From NCBI GenBank assembly GCA_038208905.1, contig JBBQYG010000045.1:1-26597 (forward strand): a stretch of 26,597 bases of DNA, in the 5' to 3' direction. The position numbers and the translations under genes are program-made. Source of the DNA: Candidatus Sumerlaeia bacterium (GTDB taxonomy: Bacteria > Sumerlaeota > Sumerlaeia > SLMS01). Under the pieces are notes generated by a model, which was given only the letters and a program-made list of their open reading frames with translations, did not search any database and was not told where the DNA came from. Below, piece after piece: positions 1 to 8,130 of the stretch; the stretch's first letter is position 1, and each line of letters opens with the position of its first letter.

Positions 1-5
1 GTGAC

Positions 6-132
6 TCTCGAAAGTCCTGTCGTATTCCAACGTAGCTTGGGCGTCTCGCCCGAGCCTCGTCGCCCCCACACGCGGGCAAGATGCCCACGATACTCTTTTA
101 CGGCGTCCTCCATCGCGACAAGACTTTCGAGA
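6..132. repeat. Nested palindromic REP/MITE-like element; left end may extend outside the window
   Basis: Outer inverted repeat TCTCGAAAGTCCTGTCG (6-22) / CGACAAGACTTTCGAGA (116-132) matches 16/17. Inner arms GTAGCTTGGGCGTCTCGCCCG (32-52) / CGGGCAAGATGCCCACGATAC (73-93) match 17/21 and each arm is itself a small palindrome. Confidence 0.7.
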
Positions 133-185
133 ACCGCTCTAACCGATCGTAGAATGGTTCTTGACGTCTGCGTGGTGAACGTCAG

Positions 186-208
186 GGTGGCGTGGGCGTC
201 TCGCCCGC
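186..208. repeat. Third copy of the REP-like arm
   Basis: GTGGCGTGGGCGTCTCGCCCG (187-207) differs from the 32-52 arm at 2 of 21 positions. Confidence 0.65.
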
Positions 209-264
209 GTCCCGTCGAAAGGCGGTAGATTCGCCAATCCGTCGGTGAATAGATCGGATGCATC

Positions 265-681
265 ATGAGCTGGCAAGCGTGGGCACTTCTGTCGGCGTTG
301 TTTGCGGGGATGACGGCGGTCCTTGCAAAGGTCGGCGTGCGTGATATCGATTCGAACCTGGCGACGGCGATCCGGACGACGGTGATTCTCGTCATCGCGT
401 GGGGGATCGCGCTCCTTCGCGGCACGGGGTCGTTTGCGGCGATCACGGGAAAGACGTGGCTGTTCCTGGTGCTCTCCGGCATCGCGACGGGGGCGTCGTG
501 GCTCTGCTACTTCCGCGCGCTGCAGCTTGCCGACGCGTCCAAGGTGGCGCCACTCGACAAGCTTAGCGTCGTCGTCGCGATCGCCCTCGCCGCGCTCTTC
601 CTCGGCGAGTCCCTCAGTTGGAAGCACTGGGTCGGCGGCAGTCTCATCGTCGCGGGCGCGTGGCTGGTGTCGAGGGCGTGA
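265..681 (+). CDS. EamA/DMT family small membrane transporter (single EamA repeat)
   Basis: 138 aa, about 5 TM helices, with WALLSALFAG..AVLAKVG, DSNLATAIRT, SWLCYFRALQ and VAPLDKLSVV motifs. Confidence 0.9.
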   Translation: MSWQAWALLSALFAGMTAVLAKVGVRDIDSNLATAIRTTVILVIAWGIALLRGTGSFAAITGKTWLFLVLSGIATGASWLCYFRALQLADASKVAPLDKLSVVVAIALAALFLGESLSWKHWVGGSLIVAGAWLVSRA

Positions 682-711
682 CGCCGACGCCACTATCGTA
701 GGAGGCCGCTC

Positions 712-749
712 CACGGCGGCGTGGGGGGAGCCCCGCCCACGCCACCGTG
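712..749. terminator. GC-rich hairpin between convergent genes (REP-derived or terminator-like)
   Basis: CACGGCGGCGTGGG (712-725) / CCCACGCCACCGTG (736-749) match 13/14. No U-tract, so not a classical intrinsic terminator. Confidence 0.4.
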
Positions 750-783
750 TCTGCATCGGCGCGGGCCGGGCGCCCGCGCGACT

Positions 784-1950
784 CTACTGCTCGCCGGGAA
801 AGCGGTTCTTCACGCGGAAGGTGACATCCACGATTTTCTTGTCGGCGGGCTTTCCCTTGGTGGCGGCGGGGAGCTCGACGAGGATGACGAGTTCGCCGAG
901 GGATTTCTTCTCGGTGGTGACGCCGTCGGAGGTGATTTCGCGGACTTCCCAGTCGCCGGAGAGGGTCTCGTGGACCTTGAGGGTGACGGGTTCATCCTTG
1001 AAGTTCTCGACTTCGTACCGGAGCTGGCGCACCTGGTCGAAGAGCACGACGCTGTTGCCGGTGTTGCGGCGGATATTCTCCTGCTCGTCCTTCACGAGGC
1101 GCCGCTTGAGCACCACGTTCTTGACGGAGCCCAGGGTGATCTCGGCCTTCTCGCCGGGGGGTGTGTCCGAGACCATGTCCTCGCCGAGGAAGATGGAACT
1201 CTCCAGGCCGTCGTCGCCGAAGAGGCGAATTTTTCCGCCGGGGAGCTTGTACTTGCCGAGGGCGGATTCGGTCTTGTTGGCGATCTCGTACACCAGGTCC
1301 ACGGCCTCGCCATCCTCGCCGAGAAAGGAGCCATAGCCTGGCCGCGCGACGTAGAGCTTCTGGATTGGAAGCTCCTTGTTGCGCGCGGCGACGAAGCGGC
1401 GGTGCTCTCCGGAATCGACGGAGCGCGAGAGGTCGTCCATCGGGGGGACGCGGATCACGGTGTCGTCGAGGTTCTCTCCGCTGGCGTTGGATAGGTGGAG
1501 GTACTGGCGAAAGTCGCCGGCGGTCTCCTTCTGGTTCACGTGGATTTCATAGGACGTGCTCTTGCTGACGCCATAGAGGACGTAGCTGACGCGGATGCGT
1601 TCCGTGCGCGCCTCGGGGGAGAAGACCTCCCACGTGAGGGCGTTTTCGTTGGGCGGAAACGCGGTGGAGATGACCTTGGTCGCGGTGTCTCCGTCGCCGG
1701 GATTGGTGAGGAGTTCGAGCAGGACGGAATTCTGGTCGATGTTCACTCCGTTCCAGGCGAAGTCGATGGAGTTGGCGCCCTGTTGCAGGGGGATTTCGCG
1801 CTCTTCGTAGAGGAGCGTCGCGTTGGGATTCTCGAGGCTGGTGACAAGGCTGCTGCGGTCGGGGAGCGTGACGAGCTTGGTGCGGGCGGGGGCGTTTGCC
1901 ACCGCGCCCATTGCAAGCGCCACAGTCATCACGAGGAGTGTCTTCTTCAT
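784..1950 (-). CDS. Secreted DUF4139-like protein (paralogue 2)
   Basis: Signal peptide MKKTLLVMTVALAMGAVANAPA and AAAGGA SD. Motifs LPGGKIRLF, FLGED..SDTPPGE.AEITLG and YEVENFKDEPVTLKVHE are typical of the DUF4139 C-terminal region. Confidence 0.75.
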   Translation of the reverse strand: MKKTLLVMTVALAMGAVANAPARTKLVTLPDRSSLVTSLENPNATLLYEEREIPLQQGANSIDFAWNGVNIDQNSVLLELLTNPGDGDTATKVISTAFPPNENALTWEVFSPEARTERIRVSYVLYGVSKSTSYEIHVNQKETAGDFRQYLHLSNASGENLDDTVIRVPPMDDLSRSVDSGEHRRFVAARNKELPIQKLYVARPGYGSFLGEDGEAVDLVYEIANKTESALGKYKLPGGKIRLFGDDGLESSIFLGEDMVSDTPPGEKAEITLGSVKNVVLKRRLVKDEQENIRRNTGNSVVLFDQVRQLRYEVENFKDEPVTLKVHETLSGDWEVREITSDGVTTEKKSLGELVILVELPAATKGKPADKKIVDVTFRVKNRFPGEQ

Positions 1951-1976
1951 GGTTGGATTCCTTTCGCGGTGGATGG

Positions 1977-3386
1977 TCAGCGGCGGGGCCGCGGCATGGG
2001 GGCGGGCGGCGCGGGGGCGATGCCCTTTGACCGCGTGCCTTGGTGAATCACGGCGTCGTATTCGATCTTGAGCGTCCCGCTGGCGGGAACCTTGAGGTTC
2101 CAGCGCACGGAGGTTTGATCGACGCGCTCATAGCCGGTGTCGCTGACCTTGGCGAATTCCCAGTCGCCATCGATGTAGTGCGTCAGCTTGAAGGGGATTT
2201 CGCGCTCGCGGGAATTCTTGATCTCCAGCGTCACCGTCCGCGTCACGTCCCACCCGATCACATTGCCGCTGGAATCGAAATCGAAGTTGCCGCGCGCGTC
2301 GCCTTGGATTTTTTCCTCGAAGAGGACGAGTCCATCGCTGCCGAGGTTGAGTTCGATATCCTCGCCGACGGGGACGTATTTGCTGCTGGTGTTCCCCTCG
2401 AACCGCATGCCGCCGCGGCCGTCGTCTGAATAGACGTAGTAGCCGCCGTCGGGAAGGGGTTCCTTGCCGAGCTTGTGCTTCTCGGTATTCTGGAGCTTGT
2501 AGAACTTGAGAACCTGATCGCCATAGCGGCGCGGGTCGAGCTCGTAGCTGAGGTCGAAGGGGATCGCGGTGACGGTGGGATTCGGGAGTTCCTTTCCCCA
2601 CCCGCTGGCGATGTCCTCCTTCCCCTCCACGGCAAAGAGGAAGTATTCGCTGACGGCTTTCTTCACGATCTCCTTGGCCTCCATGCGCATCCCGGAGAAA
2701 CCGGCTATCGACGGGGCGGGCGCATTCATCGCGCGCGACTTTCGCATATCCATCCTGTCGGCCTCCATGACGGCATCGGCGAGTACCATGCGGGAGGCTT
2801 CCTCCTGACCAACGTTGATGCCGCGGCGGGCGAGTTCGGCGATGAGCTCCACAAGGTTGACCTCGCCGACAACCACGCGCGTCACGGCGTCGTTGAAGTC
2901 CTCTCCGCTGTTGTTGCGGACGGTGGTGAACTGCTGGAGGGAGAATTCGGTCTCCGCCGCGTTGGCCTTCACCACATAGTCAGCGGACCAGCTCAGGCCG
3001 CTGGCGAAGTAGGTGATCTCCGCCTGGGCGCTGGTGGGTTCGTCGGCCTCGATGTTCCACACCACGAGCTGGCTGGTGTTGGACGGATAGACGGCATCGA
3101 GCACGACAAGGCCCTTTGCGGAGGGGAAATCGATCTGGAGGCTGGTGGGATCGATGAGCGTGTTGGCCCAGGAGAACTGGATCTCGTTCTTCCCCTTCGC
3201 GAAGCTGAGCGTTCGCGTCTCGCGGACGAGGGTGAGGTCCTGGGAATTGTAGATCGTGAGTTCCGTCTCGTCGCGCCCGGGGAGCGTGACCAGGTCGATC
3301 TTGGCGGGTGCGATGGCCGCGGCGCCCAGCATCAGCGCGATGGCGGCCAGCGTTGCCCGGCGCCATGCGGCGCGCGTATATACCAT
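1977..3386 (-). CDS. Secreted DUF4139-like protein (paralogue 1)
   Basis: ATG at 3386 follows an AAGGAGG SD (3396-3402). Signal peptide, then ELTIYNSQDLTLVRETR, ITYFASGLSWSADY, LGKEPLPDG and YVPVGEDIELNLG. Confidence 0.8.
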   Translation of the reverse strand: MVYTRAAWRRATLAAIALMLGAAAIAPAKIDLVTLPGRDETELTIYNSQDLTLVRETRTLSFAKGKNEIQFSWANTLIDPTSLQIDFPSAKGLVVLDAVYPSNTSQLVVWNIEADEPTSAQAEITYFASGLSWSADYVVKANAAETEFSLQQFTTVRNNSGEDFNDAVTRVVVGEVNLVELIAELARRGINVGQEEASRMVLADAVMEADRMDMRKSRAMNAPAPSIAGFSGMRMEAKEIVKKAVSEYFLFAVEGKEDIASGWGKELPNPTVTAIPFDLSYELDPRRYGDQVLKFYKLQNTEKHKLGKEPLPDGGYYVYSDDGRGGMRFEGNTSSKYVPVGEDIELNLGSDGLVLFEEKIQGDARGNFDFDSSGNVIGWDVTRTVTLEIKNSREREIPFKLTHYIDGDWEFAKVSDTGYERVDQTSVRWNLKVPASGTLKIEYDAVIHQGTRSKGIAPAPPAPMPRPRR

Positions 3387-3447
3387 GGGCGGATGCCTCC
3401 TTGGTGGGATTGGGGTGGGGCTAGCCGCGCGGCGCGCGCGGGCCCGG

Positions 3448-3984
3448 TTACTTTCGCTGCACTTCGTCATACTGGCGCTTGGCGGCGGCGACGCGGCTTG
3501 CGATGGCCTTGTCGCCGCTGCTCTCGTACAGGTCGATGAACTTGCGGAGCGCTTCCTTCTCCTGCCTGATCTTGTTCTGCTTCTTCAGCGACTGCGCCAG
3601 GCCATAGAGCGCCGCCGCGTTGACATCGGGGACCTCGGGGTAGAGGCGGACGACCTCGGCAAAGGCGCTCTCGGCTTCGGCAAAGCGTTCCATCTCCATG
3701 CGCGACTGGGCCAGGGCGAGGTGCGACGGCGGCGTATAGACGCGGTCGTTGGGGAACCGCCTCACGACCGCCTCCAGCGCGGCCTCCGCCTTCTCGAATT
3801 CGTCGTTGCGCAACTTGCGGTCAATCGTCTCTCCCGCGGCCTGGAACTGGCGGTTGGCCACCTGGGCCTGCTCCTTGGCCGTGGGGCGGTCGGGCACCAC
3901 GATCTCGCCCTTTCCGGTAACGGTCTTGCAACCCACCGCAAGAATCAGCACCAGAGCGATGCAGATAGATCGCCATACAAACAC
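3448..3984 (-). CDS. TPR-repeat lipoprotein (BamD/CpoB-like)
   Basis: Likely GTG start at 3984, hydrophobic stretch and lipobox LAVG-C. TPR-like helices AEAALEAVVRRFP, AESAFAEVVRLYP and AAALYGLAQS. Confidence 0.75.
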   Translation of the reverse strand: MFVWRSICIALVLILAVGCKTVTGKGEIVVPDRPTAKEQAQVANRQFQAAGETIDRKLRNDEFEKAEAALEAVVRRFPNDRVYTPPSHLALAQSRMEMERFAEAESAFAEVVRLYPEVPDVNAAALYGLAQSLKKQNKIRQEKEALRKFIDLYESSGDKAIASRVAAAKRQYDEVQRK

Positions 3985-4055
3985 CGTGCCGTCCCCCGCC
4001 TTTCCCTGCGTCTCCCTGCCCTTCCCCGCCGTTGTATAGACACACGTTCCTGTGA

Positions 4056-4520
4056 TCATGTTCCCGAGTCTCCTTGTTGGTGTCGTTTTTTTTCCGACTG
4101 GTCGTCCAGGTACTCCTGCAGGATCACGGCGGCGGCGATGCGGTCGATCAGGCCCCGGTCGCCATCGGCGCGGCGCCCGGCATGGCCACGGGCCGCGCCG
4201 GAGGAATGCCGCTCGTCCCACCACTCGATTTTCAGCGCGGGAAACCGCCGCGCCATCGAGCGCGCGAATGCGCGGGTCTTCTCCGCCTGCTCGCCCTCGG
4301 CCCCGCCCTCCAGCAGCGGCAGCCCCACCACACAGAGCGTCGCCCCGCTCTCCTCCACGATGCGTTGCAGCGCGTCCAACACCTGAGACCGCCCAAGGCG
4401 CTCCACGGTTTGCAACGGCTCCGCAATGACCCCCGACCGCGAGATCGCCACGCCAATCCTCACGTCGCCCACATCGAGGGCGATCGCCACCGGCTGGCGA
4501 TTGGGGGACGCGGTAGTCAT
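4056..4520 (-). CDS. ruvX: YqgF/RuvX putative pre-16S rRNA nuclease / Holliday junction resolvase-like protein
   Basis: ALDVGDVRIGVAIS, VVGLP, WDERHSS and IDRIAAAVILQEYL motifs. Start trimmed to the ATG at 4520. Confidence 0.93.
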   Translation of the reverse strand: MTTASPNRQPVAIALDVGDVRIGVAISRSGVIAEPLQTVERLGRSQVLDALQRIVEESGATLCVVGLPLLEGGAEGEQAEKTRAFARSMARRFPALKIEWWDERHSSGAARGHAGRRADGDRGLIDRIAAAVILQEYLDDQSEKKRHQQGDSGT

Positions 4521-4633
4521 TGCACGATCCGGCGCGCCGGCGCCGAGGGGGGCAAGGGGGGGAATGGGGAATGGGGGGGTCGATACATATCCCATCTGCT
4601 CTCGATTGTCCAGCCGCCTGGTGGAACCAGTTG

Positions 4634-4656
4634 CCGATTCCCGATTCCCGATTCCC
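4634..4656. repeat. Heptamer tandem repeat (CCGATTC)x3 in the ruvX/yceD divergent spacer
   Basis: CCGATTC CCGATTC CCGATTC CC is seen directly. Near-complementary GGGAATG units lie at about 4560-4575. Confidence 0.75.
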
Positions 4657-4698
4657 TGCTCTTGACGATCCCGCCGCACCGGAAGAACGATCCCGCCC

Positions 4699-5268
4699 AT
4701 GAGCCCAAACCCTTCCAGCCTGAAGTTCGATACGGAACGCCTCAAGGACGGCCCGCTGAGCGTGGAGTTGAGCGACCCGCCGTCGGTGTATGATCTGGAG
4801 GACGATCCGGAGTACGTGTTCCCCGATCCCGTGCGGCTGTCGGTGACGCTGCGCCTGGTGGGGACGACGGTGCTGGTGAACGGCACGATCGAGACGAACG
4901 CGCGGGCGGAGTGCGCGCGGTGCCTGGAGCCGGTGGCGATCCCCCTACGCGCGGCGGTGACGATCGCGTTCATGGCGGACGAACGTCTGCTGGTGAGCGA
5001 GCAGAACCCGGAGCCGGTCGATGACGATTCGTTCTACTACAACGGCGAGGTTGTCTATCCGGCGGAGGCGCTGCGCGAGCTGCTGCTGCTGGAGCTGCCG
5101 GTGGTGCCCGCGTGCACGCTCAGCGCCAACGACATCTGCCCCGTCCGCAAAGTGAAAGTGGAGCCACTCCAGTTCGGCAGCGCCGCGGCCCACGAGCCCG
5201 AGGACCCCGCGGAGGATCCGGATTCGCTGGCGGCGAAGCTGAAGAGGGTGCGGAAGGAAATCGAATAG
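4699..5268 (+). CDS. yceD: YceD/DUF177 family protein
   Basis: 189 aa, ECARCLEP motif, ALRELLLLELP helix, C-terminal Cys pair and LAAKLK tail. Confidence 0.88.
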   Translation: MSPNPSSLKFDTERLKDGPLSVELSDPPSVYDLEDDPEYVFPDPVRLSVTLRLVGTTVLVNGTIETNARAECARCLEPVAIPLRAAVTIAFMADERLLVSEQNPEPVDDDSFYYNGEVVYPAEALRELLLLELPVVPACTLSANDICPVRKVKVEPLQFGSAAAHEPEDPAEDPDSLAAKLKRVRKEIE

Positions 5269-5352
5269 GCGCTGGGGACATTCCCACTTGATCTTCGCAG
5301 TCGCCCAATGCGATGATTAGGCGAAACAACGCACAGGGAGCACTTCAGCGCG

Positions 5353-6324
5353 ATGCCTAAGAAAACCAGTCCCGATAATCCTGCCGGTCGCTTAGATACC
5401 CCGGCGCGGTTGCATCGGGGCGACTGCATGGACCTGTTGCGGGACACGGGCTCCGAGAGCGTCCAACTAATCGTCACTTCCCCGCCCTATAATCTGGGCA
5501 AGGAATACGAGAAGCGATCCAAGCTAACCGACTATTTGGCGTGGCAGGCGGAGGTCATCCGCGAATGCACGCGCGTGCTGCGAGCCGATGGAAGCATTTG
5601 CTGGCAGGTGGGCAACTTCGTGGATTCCGGTTCCATCGTCCCGCTCGACGCGGTGCTCTACCCGATTTTCGCTGATCTCGGGCTCAAGATGCGCAATCGC
5701 ATCGTGTGGCACTTCGAGCACGGCCTGCATTGCTCTCGCCGTTTTTCCGGGCGGTATGAAACCATCATGTGGTTCACGAAGTCGGATGACTATCTCTTCA
5801 ACCTGGACCCTGTTCGAGTGCCCCAGAAGTATCCCGGCAAGAAGTATTTCAAGGGGCCGCGCGCTGGAGAGTTCTCCTGCAATCCAAAGGGCAAGAATCC
5901 TGGCGATGTCTGGGTTATTCCGAATGTAAAAAGCAACCATGTGGAGAAGACGGATCACCCGTGCCAGTTTCCAGTGGAACTGGTTGAGAGATTAATACTA
6001 TCGATGACCGCCAAGGGGGATATGGTCTTGGATCCATTTGCCGGCGTCGGAACAACGCTCGCGGCCGCCGTACGGAATGGCCGGAGGGCCGCCGGTGCCG
6101 AGCTCGTTGATTCCTACGCCCGGATTGCACTCGCGCGCATTCAGCAAGCGGTCGATGGGTCGCTTCCCGTCCGGCCGATGAACACCCCAGTTTTTGATCC
6201 CAAGAATGCCGGTGCCAGCCTTACCACGGCCCCATGGAAAACGCTGGTCACTGAGGACGATGCGGCGACTGGCGATCAGCTCACTTTCGCGGAAGTATCC
6301 CCGGTCTATGGAGCCCGCCGCTGA
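5353..6324 (+). CDS. Site-specific DNA methyltransferase, beta class, probably N4-cytosine (type II R-M)
   Basis: Catalytic VTSPPYN precedes HPCQFP and the SAM-binding VLDPFAGVGTT (beta order). Adjacent to an endonuclease and visibly lower in GC than the flanks. Confidence 0.93.
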   Translation: MPKKTSPDNPAGRLDTPARLHRGDCMDLLRDTGSESVQLIVTSPPYNLGKEYEKRSKLTDYLAWQAEVIRECTRVLRADGSICWQVGNFVDSGSIVPLDAVLYPIFADLGLKMRNRIVWHFEHGLHCSRRFSGRYETIMWFTKSDDYLFNLDPVRVPQKYPGKKYFKGPRAGEFSCNPKGKNPGDVWVIPNVKSNHVEKTDHPCQFPVELVERLILSMTAKGDMVLDPFAGVGTTLAAAVRNGRRAAGAELVDSYARIALARIQQAVDGSLPVRPMNTPVFDPKNAGASLTTAPWKTLVTEDDAATGDQLTFAEVSPVYGARR

Positions 6325-6932
6325 GAATCGTGAAGACATACTCGCACCTCAATGGGTTGGAATACCTGTTGGTGCATCGCGCGGGGACGTGGGAGCAGAT
6401 TTGTGCCATCATCGAAGAGGTCGACGCCAAGGCGTGTCGGACGAAGGTCAGCAAGGAATTGCGAATGATGGGGCAGATGAAGTACAGCCCCATTGAAATG
6501 AATCGGGAGTTTGAGAACCGACTTCGGACAGAAGGTTGGAAGGAAAGTCGGGTCACCTACTGGGTTACTGCGGACGAAAAACTGATCCGGCAAACAATGA
6601 CAAAGGAGCAGGCCGAGCAGAAGCGGGAGATTGAAGAGTCCGGAGCGAAACCGATTCTCAGCTACAATCAAACGGACTTTGTGAAAGACCGAATTGCCAT
6701 AGAGGTTCAGTTCGGGAAGTACGCATTTGTCGCCTATGATCTCTTTGTCAAGCACCTCGCCTTCTACGTTCGTGACCAGATCGATGTGGGAATCGAGATA
6801 CTGCCGATGAAGGAAATGCAGGAACAGATGTCGTCTGGCCCTGGATACTTCGAAGGCGAGCTCTACAACGTCATTCGGAATGGTCGAGGCGTCCCGGCGG
6901 TCCCATTGGTGATGATCGGCATCGCACCTTAG
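6321..6932 (+). CDS. BglII/BstYI-family type II restriction endonuclease (start CTG 6321 or GTG 6330)
   Basis: Catalytic TDFVKDRIAIEVQFGK (D..EVQ, BglII-type), YSHLNG N-terminus and IDVGIEILP. GGAG at 6310-6313 is 7 nt from an in-frame CTG overlapping the MTase stop. Confidence 0.88.
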   Translation: MRIVKTYSHLNGLEYLLVHRAGTWEQICAIIEEVDAKACRTKVSKELRMMGQMKYSPIEMNREFENRLRTEGWKESRVTYWVTADEKLIRQTMTKEQAEQKREIEESGAKPILSYNQTDFVKDRIAIEVQFGKYAFVAYDLFVKHLAFYVRDQIDVGIEILPMKEMQEQMSSGPGYFEGELYNVIRNGRGVPAVPLVMIGIAP

Positions 6933-6952
6933 CGCCTGCGCCAGCCCTAACT

Positions 6953-7957
6953 CTACACCTCCACCTTCTCCCCACTCTCCGCGGACTTCATCGCGGCGAG
7001 CATGACGGCGAGGTCGCGGGCCGCTTCGGGGAAGGATGTCTCCGTGGGGGTGCCGTGGGCAATGGCGGCGTGGAAGGCTTCGTATTGGCCGCGATAGCCG
7101 CCGTCGTCGGGCGTGGCGATTTCCTCCACCGCGATGCCGCGGCGGTGGATGGCGATGCGGTTTCCCTCCAGGCGGATGGTGCCCTCGGTGCCAAGGACGA
7201 GGAGGCGGCTTTCGGCGTAGCCGCGGGCGCTGTAGGCTTGGGTCAGGGTGCCCGTGACGCCGCGTTCGGTTTCGAATTCCATGAAGTGGGTGTCCACTTC
7301 GCCGATGGTGCGGTTGACGCAGAGCGTGCGGGAGCGGAGTTCCACGATTTCGCCAAAGAGCAGCCGGATCCCGTTGATGGTGTGGACCCCGCCATCGGTC
7401 AGGTAGCCGCCGGCATACTTGTGGTCGAGCCGCCATTGGGTGCGGCCATAGGCGGAGGTCTCCGGCGCCATGTCGGTCATGGTGGTCCACTGGCAGGCAT
7501 AGACGCGTCCGATGGCGCCGGCGCGCAGCATCTCGCCCAGGCGACGGAGCGTGGGGCGATATCGATAGTTCTCCGCCACCATGGTCACGCGTGTGGGGAA
7601 CTCCCGGGCCAAGGCGACCATGCGGGCGCTCTCCGCGGCGTCGAGGGCCAGGGGCTTCTCCACGATGACGTGCTTGCCGGCGCGCAGGGCGGCCTCGGTG
7701 ACGGGGAGGTTCAGCTCCACGGGGAGGATGATCGACACGGCATCGACGCCGCGCTCCGCGATGGCCTCGTGGTAGTCCTGAGTCCAGGGGACTCCGCCGC
7801 CGACCAAGTCGGCAAAGGAGCGGGCCTTCTCGGGCGTATGATTGCAAACGATGGCGATGCGGAACTGGTCGGTTAGATGGCGCAGCGCGGGCCAGTGGAG
7901 GTCGCGCGCGGCAAGGCCGCAGCCGATGATGGCAAGGTTGATCGGGGGCGTATGCAT
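6953..7957 (-). CDS. Gfo/Idh/MocA family NAD(P)-dependent oxidoreductase
   Basis: AIIGCG Rossmann motif, AGKHVIVEKP, ENYRY and GGYLTDGGVH. Start trimmed to ATG 7957. Confidence 0.93.
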   Translation of the reverse strand: MHTPPINLAIIGCGLAARDLHWPALRHLTDQFRIAIVCNHTPEKARSFADLVGGGVPWTQDYHEAIAERGVDAVSIILPVELNLPVTEAALRAGKHVIVEKPLALDAAESARMVALAREFPTRVTMVAENYRYRPTLRRLGEMLRAGAIGRVYACQWTTMTDMAPETSAYGRTQWRLDHKYAGGYLTDGGVHTINGIRLLFGEIVELRSRTLCVNRTIGEVDTHFMEFETERGVTGTLTQAYSARGYAESRLLVLGTEGTIRLEGNRIAIHRRGIAVEEIATPDDGGYRGQYEAFHAAIAHGTPTETSFPEAARDLAVMLAAMKSAESGEKVEV

Positions 7958-8130
7958 GGAAGAGGTAGGGCACCGGCGGCGCGGAGTGCGCAACGCGGAA
8001 AATCGGTCCAGCGATCGTCCCCCGGCAAGGACCGCAATTACCCCCCCCAAAACGGGCAACTTTGCCGATTTCCACGTCATGGTGCTTGCACGAGTGGCGG
8101 TTTGAAGACTAATCTGAGAAAATTCTCCGA

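Noticed and set aside
95-118. Minus-strand GCGATGGAGGACGCC resembling the 5' end of a fluoride riboswitch
   Set aside because: No 3' half, lies inside the palindromic repeat element, and points away from any visible relevant gene.
6306-8075. 589-aa minus-strand ORF and similar long alternate-frame ORFs (e.g. 22057-23574, 8077-9429, 18934-20199)
   Set aside because: Off-frame or antisense to genes with clear family motifs and show no motifs of their own.
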